From contig CAUYUJ010000003.1 in the NCBI GenBank assembly GCA_963575745.1, positions 1,488,001-1,518,389 on the forward strand: a DNA stretch of 30,389 nucleotides, in the 5' to 3' direction. The translations under genes and the position numbers were made by a program. Of the stretch, positions 8,255 through 19,079 are shown in pieces. Within the stretch, counting starts at the first letter, position 1; every line of letters begins with the position of its first letter. The stretch comes from Prorocentrum cordatum (taxonomy: Eukaryota). The notes under the pieces were generated by a model. That model made no database searches, was not told where the DNA came from, and was given only the letters and a program-made list of their open reading frames with translations.

Positions 8255-10144
8255 CGCGAGGACACTACTGGAGGCCCGTTGCTCGACCCCCCCCCCCCGA
8301 GCAACACCACGGGGCCACGCACGGGCCCTGCAGGGCCCCTGGTCCGAGCAACGCCACGAGGCCTCGCCAGGCCGCTGCGGGGGTCTGCAGGGTCCTACAG
8401 CATTCCATCGGAATGCTATTGGAATCCTATTGAATCCCATGGGGTCCCTAGAGGGTCCTACAGGATCCCATAGGAATCCGATTGGAATCCGATTGGAGAT
8501 TGTATCGGATCCCTACAGGGCCCTACAGGATTCCATCGGAATCCTATTGGAATCGCATTGGAAACCCATAAGATCCCTACAGGGTCCAACAGGATTCCAT
8601 AGGAATTCCGTTGGAATCCTAGGGGGCTCCTATATTGGAAGCCTATAGGATCCCTACAGGGTCCTACAGGGTTCCATAGGATGCCAATAGGAATCCGGCT
8701 GGGGGTCTTACAGGATCCTTACAGGGGCCAGCAGGATTCCATCAGATCCCAATAGGAATCCAATTGGGGTCTTTTTTGGCCCCTATAGGATCTCTTCAGT
8801 GTCCTACAGGTTCCCATGGGAACCCTATAGGAAGCCTAGAGGATCCCTACAGGGTCCTACAGGATTCCACAGGAATCCGATTGTAATACTATTGGAATCC
8901 GGTGGAACCCCTGGCAACCCTATCGCAATCCTATAGGAAGCCTCTAGGAATCCGATTGTAATACTAGCAAACCTATAGGAATCCGAGGGAGGTCTCATAG
9001 GATCCCTGTTGGGTCCAGCGTGATTCCATCGGAACCCTATAGGGATCTTATCGGATCCTTACAGGGTCCTACAGGATTCCATCGGATCCCTATGGGGGTC
9101 TTATAGGATCCCTTCAGTGTCCTGCACGATTCCATAGGAACCCTATAGGGATCCTATAGGATCCTTACAGGGTCCTACAGGATTCCATAGGAATCCGATT
9201 GTAATACTATTGGAACCCGATGGAATCCCTAACAACCCTCTCGCAATCCTATAGGCCTCCTTTTGTAATACGACAGGATTCCATAGCAACCCTATATGGA
9301 TCCGATGGGGGGACTTATAGGACCCCTACAGGGTCCTACGGGATTCCATCGGAACCCTATAGGGATCTTATAGGATCCTTACAGGGTCCTGCATGTTTCC
9401 ATCGGAACCCTATTGGGATCATATAGGATCCCCTCAGTGACCTACAGGATCCCATAGGAACCCTATAGGGATCCGATAGGATCCCTACAGGGTCCTACAG
9501 GATTCCATAAGAATCCGATTGTAATACTATTGGATTCCGATGGGATCTCTAGCAACCCTATCGCAATCCTATAGGAATCCTCTAGGACTCCGATTGTAAT
9601 ACTACAGGATTCCAGACGATCCCTATGGGAATCCGGGGGGGGTCTTATAGGATCCCTACAGGGTCCTACGGGATTCCATCGGAACCCTATAGGGATCTTA
9701 TCGGATCCTTACAGGGTCCTACAGGCTTCCATCGGAACCCTATAAGGATCTTGTAGGATCCGCACAGGGGCCTGCACGATTCCATAGGAACCCTATAGGG
9801 ATCCCATAGGATCATTACAGGGTCCTACAGGATTCCATCGGAACCCTATAGGGATCTTATAGGATCCTCACAGGGCCCTGCAGGATTCCATCGGAACCCT
9901 ATAGGGATCCTATAGGATCCCTACAGGGCCCTACGGGATTCCATAGGAAGCCTATAGGGAGCCAACGGAGAGTCGGAAACACATATAGATTTACGTTAGC
10001 GTATGACAGAGGTGTTGCCCGTTGCTCCCCCCCCCCCCTCCCGGGGCAACAACTGCAACGTGTGGCCTGGGGCAGTGCGCTCGCCCCGGGGGCGAGGACA
10101 CTCCCACGGGCCCCGCCGGGGTGGCCTGAGAGAGTGTCCTTGCG
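8255..10144. mobile_element. ~1.9-kb TIR-bounded element inserted in a (GTT)n tract, carrying an internal satellite
   Basis: CGCGAGGACACT (8255-8266) and AGTGTCCTTGCG (10133-10144) form an 11/12 inverted match. (GTT)n lies immediately on both sides. Confidence 0.7.
8385..9960. repeat. Satellite of 10-11 bp subunits (GGATCCCTACA / GGGTCCTACA / GGATTCCATC / GGAACCCTATA) with higher-order repeats
   Basis: Read directly; the higher-order marker CCGATTGTAATACTA recurs several times. Confidence 0.9.
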
Positions 10145-10186
<42 letters not shown>

Positions 10187-10272
10187 GTGGTGCTGTTGTT
10201 GTTGTTGTTGTTGGTGTTGTTGTTTATGCTGTTGTTATTGTCATTGTTGTTGCTGCTGTAGTTGTTGGTTGG
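10145..10272. repeat. (GTT)n microsatellite
   Basis: Read directly from the sequence. Confidence 0.95.
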
Positions 10273-11019
10273 TGAATTCTCATTTCGACCGGATAATTGT
10301 TGTTGGTCCCCCCTGCCCGGTAAGCGTTGCACTGTTCAATCACAGTGTTTCTCCCGGCTTTTGCACCTTGTTTGTTGTAGGGGAATGCGGGGTGTCATTA
10401 AATTGGGCCCCTGGCCCCCAAGTTACAACAACGGCTCCAGCCTGATACTTCCTCACAATGTACTCAAACATCGCGCTCTCGCGCGGGATTCCTTCACAAA
10501 ATATGTAGAAATCGCACTCTCGCGTGGGACTTCCCCGTAATCCATTTAGACGCTGCGCCCTCGACGCTCAGGAATCACGCTCTTGCTTTTACTTTTTCAC
10601 GGTTTACTTGGGAATCGAGCTATCGCTCGAGATTTCTTCGCGAGTCATGTATTTCTCACGCTTCAGCAACCCGCCTGCTGGACCTGGCCGCTTGGGCCCG
10701 CCTTCCCGACCCGACCATTAGGGTCGAACCCGCCCGATGGGCCCGTCTGGTTCAGCCACGTGCTTTCTGCCCCCCTCCTGCTAATCCTGTGCTCCATCCT
10801 TCTCCCTCCCCCTTCTATCCGTTCTCCTTTCCCCTGTTTCGGGGGCTACAGCCATTACGCGCGGCAGATAAGGAAGATCTGCCCCCAGAGGGGGTGCGAT
10901 CCAAGACGAAGAGGGTGGGATATAGTGTTCAATGGCACGCGAGCGGATGAGAGCGCACAACCTTAGCATGATTGCAGTTGTAGTTGTTGATGGTTCGTCC
11001 TCCTCTTCCTCCGCGCCTC

Positions 11020-11300
11020 CCTTAGGCCCCTCTTTGGGGCCCTTTTGGGTTCTGCTGGACACATTCGGGGCTTCTTGGGTCGTCTCTGGGCCCCCGTGGG
11101 CCGTTCAGGAGGAGGACACGGTAGCCTTCCAGAGAGGGGGGAGGGGGGGGAGGTATCCTGCTGGAGGGTGACGATGAACTTTTCTGGAGGGGGCGGGGGC
11201 GCCCCTCCACAGAGAAGGGGTATCCTTTTCTGGAGCTGGGGGCCTCTTGGGCCGTCTCGGGCCAGGTCGGGGGGCCTCGCGGCCTCTCGCGCCGATCTGG
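11020..11300 (-). repeat. Degenerate GGCCCAAGA-type repeat, opposite orientation to 18070-18820
   Basis: TCTTGGGCC / TTTGGGGCC / TCTCGGGCC motifs. Confidence 0.55.
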
Positions 11301-11790
11301 CCTGCAGCTGCCCAAAAAAGGCACGAACGCGGATCCCACTCAAGTCTCGCGGGCGATGTTTCTCGCCCAATCCCCGAGTTTCGCCCGAAAAGTCTGGCCG
11401 CTCAGAAGAATGGGAAAACCCTGGGATACACCCCAAGGGGGCTATTCGGACGCACCCCTATCGAGAATGGACACCCCCCCATCGTATATCCCAGGGTTAG
11501 GCCCCAAATTTCTGGTCCATTCGGAAACCCCACGAAGCCTGGGATAGGGGTCGACATATCCCCTGTTAAAGTCCAATCGATCATCAAGGATTGCTGCTCC
11601 TCGAGGCCCACCTAACGGCCCAACGGCTCTGTTCCACAGTAGCTCGAGTCCAATTCGACCCTAGGTCGACTGCGGGAACAAGGCCGATCACAGCCACTTC
11701 GGGCCGTTCACGAACTATTTCGGGCGGAGTACAAGCACCGAACAGGGACCGGTCGCAGCGTGAAGGAGTCCGACACCAAGTCTACAAGAC

Positions 11791-13034
11791 TCTGAAGCGC
11801 GTCTGAAGCGCCTTTGAAGCGCCTCTGAAGAACCTCGGAAGCGCGTCTGATGAGCTTTTGAAGAGCCCATGGGGCGCCTTTGAAGAGCTTCTGAAAAAGC
11901 TTCTGAAGCGCCTCTGCAGAGCCTCTGAAACGCCTCTGAAGAGCTCCGGCCGGAAGCGCGTCTGATGAGCTTCTGAAGTTCCTTTGAAGCGCGTCTGAAG
12001 AGCCTCTGAAGCGCCTCTGGACAGCCTTCTGAAGAGCCCCTGAAGTGTCTCTGAAGCGCCTCTGAAGCAACTCTAAGGCGCCTCTGAGGAGCTTATGGAG
12101 AGCCTCTGTAGATCCTCCGATGAGCGTCTGAAGAGTTTCTGAAGCGCTTCAGCGCCACTGAAGCGCCTCTGAAGCGCTTCAGATGAGCTCCTAAAGAGCC
12201 TCCGGTGAGCTTCTGAAGAGTTTTCTGAAGAGCTTCTGAAACACCTCTGAAGAGCCTCTGAAGAGCGTCTGAAGAGCATCTGAAAAAAAAGCATCTGCAG
12301 GGCCTCATATGATCTTCTGAAGAGCTCCTGAAGCGCTTCTGAAGCGCCTCTGAATCGCCTCTGAAACGCCTCTGAAGCGCTCTGAAGAGCCTCTGAAGAG
12401 CTTCTGGAGAGCATTTGGTGAGCTTCTGAAGCGCTTTTGAATCGCCTCTCTAGCGCTTCTGAAGCGGCCCTGATGAGCTTTTGAAGAGCCTCCGAATCGC
12501 TTCTGAAGAGCCTTTGATGAGCTTCGGAGGAGCTTCCGAGGAGCTTCTGAAGAGCCTGTGAAGAGCTTCTGAAGAGCTTCTGAAGAGCCGCTAGAGAGTT
12601 TCTGAAAAGCTGCTGAAGAGCCTCTGAAGAGCTTCTGAAGAGAATTTGAAGAGCTACCGAAGAGCTTCTGAAAAGCTTCTGAAGAGCCTCTGAAGAGCTT
12701 CTGAAGAGCTTATGGAGAGCCTTTGCAGAGCCTCTGAAGAGCTTCTGAAGAGCCCCTGAAGAGCTTCTGAGGAGCTTGTGAAGAGCTTCGGCGGAGCGTC
12801 TGAATAGCTTCTGAAGAGCCTCTGAAGTGCTTCTGTTGAGGAGCTTCTGAATAGCTTCTGAGGAGCCTCTGAGGAGCCTCTGCGGAGCTTCTGGGGAGCT
12901 TCTGAAGAGCTCCCGTAGAGCTTCCGTGGAGCTTCTGAGGAACATTGGGGAGTTTCTGAGGATCTAATGAGGAGCTTCAGAGGAGCTTCCGAGGAGCTTC
13001 TGAGGAGGTTATGAAGAGCTTCCGAGGAGCTTCT
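11791..13034. repeat. 11-bp satellite (CTGAAGAGCCT / CTGAAGAGCTT / CTGAAGCGCCT)
   Basis: Read directly; it yields spurious EALQKLFRSSS-repeat ORFs on the minus strand. Confidence 0.95.
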
Positions 13035-13089
13035 CAAACTGGCTCTGGAATCCTGTTGCTCACCGGGTCATCATTTTGATCGGCCTTGT

Positions 13090-13333
13090 TCACCGTTATC
13101 GTTTGGATCATCTTCATCACCATCATCATTACCATCCTCGCCATTATCATTACCATCGTCATCATCGCGATCACCCTCGTCATCATCCTCATCATCATCT
13201 TCAGAATCCGACTCATCATCATCGGTAGCAGCATTACCATCATCGTAATCATCATCATTCGTCCTACCACGACTACTACTGCTACTTATTTTGCTACCGC
13301 CACTACTACTAACATTACTATTACTATTACTAT

Positions 13334-13372
<39 letters not shown>

Positions 13373-13374
13373 CA

Positions 13375-13466
<92 letters not shown>

Positions 13467-13479
13467 TTACTACTACTAG

Positions 13480-13523
<44 letters not shown>

Positions 13524-13680
13524 GAATTGTAATGCTACTCTTACTATTACTACTACCGCTGCCACTGCCACTGCCACTACCACTACCACTACCATTATTA
13601 TTACTAGTACGACCTACTTGTACTGAGGCTACTACGACTGCTATTTTCACGCCAACAACAAATGATGGTTTTAGCTTTAT

Positions 13681-13715
<35 letters not shown>

Positions 13716-13875
13716 TTCCTACTCCTACTCGTAGTAGTACTGGTACTGGCATTCGTACTAGGAGTACTACTACTACTACTCCTACTACTACTACTACTAC
13801 GACTTCTACTCCTACTACCATTGCTGCTACTATTACGAGTTCTCCTACTACTACTGATGCTACGACTGCTGCTGT

Positions 13876-13916
<41 letters not shown>

Positions 13917-15097
13917 ATACTATTTTTATTTCCGCTACTATTACTGCTGCGCCTATTACTGTTCATACCGTTGCTATTCGTACGACTACCGACAACACTT
14001 CTAGCGCAACCACACTTACTACCACTCTTTACGGCTGCTGCCACTAGCACGGCCAGGAATTTCTTTACTTCTTCCACTGCCACTACGCCTATTCCTATTA
14101 CTTCTTCGACTACTACTACGACTACTACTACTACTACTACGACTACGACTGCGATTACTACTACTACTACTACTACAAACGCTACGACGACCACGATTAC
14201 GAGGAATACGACTACGACTATTCCTGCGACGTCTTTACTTCTTCTTCTCACTACTGCTACTACAGCTACGGCTGCTACTGCTACTACTACCGCTTTTACT
14301 AGTACACCGGCGACTGCGACGACTAGTGCAACTACGACTATTACGCCTCCTGCGACGACTGCGGCTATTATCAGTTCTACGACTACTCTCACCACTGCTA
14401 CTACTACCGCTACTACGACTACTACTGCTACTACTACTACTACTATTACTACTACTAATACTACTACCATCATGACTGCTACTACTACTGCTACTACTAC
14501 TACTACTACTACTACTATTCCTAGCACTAGTACTAGTACTACGACTACTACGACTACAACTTTAACGCCAACAACAACGGCTGGCACGAGTATTACCACC
14601 AATACTAGCACTTCTACTGCTGCTACTACAACCACTACTACTACTCTACTACATTACTACTACTACGGCTATTCCTACTACTTCTACTACTACTACTACT
14701 GCTACTACTACTTGTACTACTACTCCTGCTGCTATTACTACTACTCCTATGACGACTCCTACGACAACGACGATTATGACGACGACTAATGCGACGGTGA
14801 CTACGGTTATTACTAGTACTACTAGTTTTACGTACTACTTCTTCTTTTCTATCTCTTCTACTACTGTTCTTACGCCTACCACTACGACTATCTCGACGAC
14901 TACTACTATTACTTCTACTACTACTACTACTACTACTACTACTGCTACTACTACTACTACTACTACTACTACCATCATTCGTACTTTTAGTACGGATACT
15001 ACTATTACTATTTCTATACTACTACTACGATGGCTACTACTACTACTACCACCACTACGACTACTACCACTACTACTGCTGTTACTAGTGCCATTAG

Positions 15098-15130
<33 letters not shown>

Positions 15131-15337
15131 GACTACTACTACTACTAGTGGTACGACTACGAGTATTATGTCCGCTTTTTTAACGATTACTACTACCACC
15201 AGAATAAGTACCGCGACTACTACCACTTTCATTACTCCTACTATTACTGTTCGTAGTCTTACTACGACCTATTACTACTGCTTTTTCTACTACTATTACT
15301 ACTACTCTTACTACTACTTCCACTACTAATACTACTT

Positions 15338-15372
<35 letters not shown>

Positions 15373-15396
15373 GGTACTACGACAGCCACTACTGCG

Positions 15397-15430
<34 letters not shown>

Positions 15431-15463
15431 TTACTACTACTACTAGCACTACTACTACTACTA

Positions 15464-15539
<76 letters not shown>

Positions 15540-15681
15540 GACTACTACTACTACTATTATTATTACTTCGGCTACTACTATATCTACCACCATGACCACT
15601 ACTAATAGTACTACATTTACGATTACCATTACTACTACTACGATCACGATTACTACTAGGACTATACTACTACTACTACTG

Positions 15682-15718
<37 letters not shown>

Positions 15719-15744
15719 CACTACCACTACCACTACCACTACCA

Positions 15745-15831
<87 letters not shown>

Positions 15832-15832
15832 T
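13090..15832. repeat. (ATC)n grading into a ~2.6-kb degenerate (ACT)n microsatellite field
   Basis: Read directly; it yields poly-T/L/Y/V/S ORFs in several frames. Confidence 0.95.
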
Positions 15833-15953
15833 CACTCGTGGTCTGCAATCGGTCCGACCGCAACCTCTTTGTCAAAAGTCCATCTGTGAGCCTGAGGCAG
15901 CCCACTCATTCCAGAAGTGTGTAAGCGACTCAGTTTGTAAGCAACCCCAATGC

Positions 15954-16030
15954 ATCGCAACCACTTCGGCCGATCGCAACTGGTTGGGATCCGCCCCAAG
16001 TGGATGCGATTGGGCCGAAGTGGTTGCGAT
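15954..16030. other. Long hairpin/inverted repeat
   Basis: Perfect 18-bp IR ATCGCAACCACTTCGGCC / GGCCGAAGTGGTTGCGAT, with further inner pairing (ATCGCA/TGCGAT, TTGGG/CCCAA). Confidence 0.85.
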
Positions 16031-17893
16031 CAGCCCCGCTTGCGTTCAACTGCAGCTTGACCCTAGAGCTTGTCTCAAGTTCGACCCAAGTCGACGGACC
16101 TTCGACGCAGCAATGACGCATGCATGGAGCGAGTGACTCCAGGAATGACCCCAGCACGTGCACAGAGAATTCCCCGAGCTCGGCTTGCTTCCGCGTCTTC
16201 TTGGGCGCTCCACTGCAGGGCCGCGCCCTCTCCCGCCCCTGCTGTCTCCCCGCCACGCCGCCGCCGTCTCCGCCGATGGCTGGGCCGCTGCGCTCTCCCG
16301 CTGCTCCCGCACTGCTCTGTCCCTGTCGCACCCGGAGGTACTCGAAGGCAATGAATGGTAGGGGGGAGTGGGCTCAGGGGGGGACGAACTTTCGAGGTTG
16401 GAGCTTCGAGGTTTCCGGCCGTTCTCGCTGGTCCTCGGCGTCTTTCCAGCCTCGGGAATGCCTTCCAGCGGCTGCGCCTCGCCGAGAGCGTTTCCGGGGT
16501 GCCCGGATCGTTCCGAACGGCCGCTGGAAGCTAGAGTCATGACGCGGAAACCACCAGGGGGTAAGGATCAGGGGGGGATGCGTTGACCCCGAATCGCCAG
16601 TTGCTCCCCAACTGGGGCCCGATACAACGGAAACCCATGCCAAGAAACACCCTGCTTGCCTCCAGGATGCCTTTGGTTTCTTGGGTTTCGATGGTTTTGT
16701 TCTGGAAAGCGTGACGCTTCCACAGCTAAAATTAATGGACGTCCTGGGATCTCAGGGTTGGGTTTCTTGTGGAAGGTTTCCTGCGGTCGAGCTCCTACTG
16801 TAGTCCCACCCCTCCCAGAAACATGCGCATTTGCTATCAGTGGCCTATCGCCGATGCATCGCCGATACCATGGTCGACGTTTCGCCCATTGAGCTGGCCC
16901 CCCCCTAGCTTCGCTCCCCACAAAGTAGCCAGGGACGCAAGCGGAGGAGTTCGGTGCACAGACGGTCAAGCGGCCCAGAGCCTGGGACGCCGAGGCGTTT
17001 ATCCAGATTTTGTACACACGACTTTTTTCCGAACAAGAAGGTCGAGCCTTATCGTTATCGTCACCTTCTCCGCGTCCTCCTGCTGCTCCTAGGCCTCCTT
17101 CTCCTCTACTTCCTCCCGTTCATCCCCATCTTCCTCCCCCCCTCCGCCCCCCCTTCCTCTTGCGCTTGTCGTCCTCGTCGTCGCCGCCGTCGCCAGCGTC
17201 GAGTCCTCACGACGGGATGATTCGGACAGTCGCCAAGGAGGCGGGTGAACTCACAGTTGGCCCAAGCGCACGAGCACGAGGTGCTAACAACCAGGTGTAG
17301 TGCCACATTTCCGGCGTAATGAGCAGATTTGGCCACTGACCCGAACCTGCTCTGAGGGGATTGCAGTCGTCGTGGGTGCGTTGGCTGATCTGCGCTGTGA
17401 AGCCCAGCACGGCTTCGTCGTCCTCGTCGCCGCCATCGTCGCCTCTCTCCGAACGCCCTCGTCGTCGTCCTCCTAGTTCGCGTGTCTTGCTTCCGTGAAA
17501 CGCCGCAGCCGCGCGTCCTGTGCGCAAGTCGGGTTGCGTTGGATGCGTTTGTAGATTCAGTGTCTCCCGTCGCCAGTCGATCCAGGAAATGTTGATCTTC
17601 AGATTATGTGGCCAAAAACTTCCCCAGTGTATACACCGAGCCTCCTTGGCCGACCCGACGACTGGGGCGTACAGTCGAGGCTGATTAGTAGGTCGACCCT
17701 GCCAAGTTGAGGGTACCCTGGTGTCCTGTGTTTCGCGACCCATGCCTTCAACATTCCTCTTGCAATGTGGCCCTCGGAAGGGTTACGTTCAGGAGGGGAA
17801 AAACACACAGACACAATTAATCGTCGATCCCCCAGAAAATATGGGAGAATATGGGAAGTGGGGGGGAAGACAAAAATCCAGATATATATATAT

Positions 17894-17926
<33 letters not shown>

Positions 17927-18069
17927 CATATACCAAGGGTACCGGGGGCCAGGCCCCGGGCCAGGACACCCTCCCGAATTTCCCCCCCCCCCCCCCGTAA
18001 CCCACTTTGCCCCCGGGCGTCCGGAGGCTCTTTTGCGCCCCCGGAGGCGTCCACCACGGCTTCTGGGGA

Positions 18070-18820
18070 CGGCAAGAAGCCGCCAAGATGGCCCAAGAGC
18101 GCTCCAAGACTCTCAAGATAGCCCCATCAAGGCCCAAGGGGCCCCAAGAAACCCCAGGGGCGCTCCGAGAGGCTTTCCAAGAGAGCCCCAAGAGGCTAGA
18201 ATCATAGAATTTCATAGTGTTTTTCAATGTTTTTTGCTTGCCCGCGTTTTCGGGCTTCTGACCTTCCAAGATTGCCGAGGAAGCCTCGAACATCGCCCCA
18301 AGACGGCCCAAAAGGCCCCCGAGAGGCCTCCAAGACAGCCCAAGAGGGCGCCCAAACGGTCCAAGAGGCGCCCAAGACGGCCCAAGAGGGCTTCAAGACG
18401 GCCCCAAGAGGTGCCAAAGAGGGGGAACACGAACCGACAATGGAGATTTCCGCCCGAATAGGCCCCCAAGAGGCCCCCAAGAGGCCCCAAAAGGCTTAAA
18501 AATGCGCCCATCAGAGACCCCACAGAGGCCCCAAGATGCCCCAAAACGGCCCAAAAGGGTCGGCCTGTGGGGCTCACCGAGCCCCCCGAGACGGCCCAAG
18601 AGGCCCCGAAGCCGGCCCAGGAGGCCCAACCAGACGGCCTCAGGGAGGCCCGAGAGGGCCCCGTTCGAAATCATGTTCCTGGAAGCTTCTCCGGTAACAT
18701 GACTTCCGGGTTCCGAGGACGCCTTAGAGGGCCCCAGGACAGCCTCAGCGAGGCCCAAGAGGGCCCGCGATGGCTTCAAGATGGCCGAAGGGGGCCCCAA
18801 GAGGGCCTTCAAGAGGCAAA
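18070..18820 (+). repeat. 10-11 bp GGCCCAAGA(G/C) satellite-like repeats
   Basis: Read directly from the sequence. Confidence 0.85.
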
Positions 18821-19014
18821 AATCAGCCCGTCACCGCAGCAAAACGTACGGACTCGGCGCGAGACAACTGGCGACCGCAGCTGCCGTCCCTTCGTGCTGA
18901 GCGAGTGCGAACCTGGCGTTCAGTTTGGACGGGACGTGTCGGGTCTGTTGCCAATCGGGGCTGCGCCAGGTTAGGCCACCCCCAAGGTCAGGTTCGGGAA
19001 TTGGTCGTAGCAAC

Positions 19015-19015
<1 letters not shown>

Positions 19016-19077
<62 letters not shown>
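19016..19077. repeat. (CGA)n microsatellite
   Basis: Read directly from the sequence. Confidence 0.95.

Positions 19078-19079
<2 letters not shown>

Noticed and set aside
11708..13037. Coiled-coil/LEA-like EALQKLFRSSS repeat proteins
   Set aside because: Product of an 11-bp DNA satellite; the same peptide appears in all frames.
13086..15924. Mucin-like Thr-rich or poly-Leu/Val ORFs
   Set aside because: Translations of (ACT)n; they switch frames and have no unique domain.
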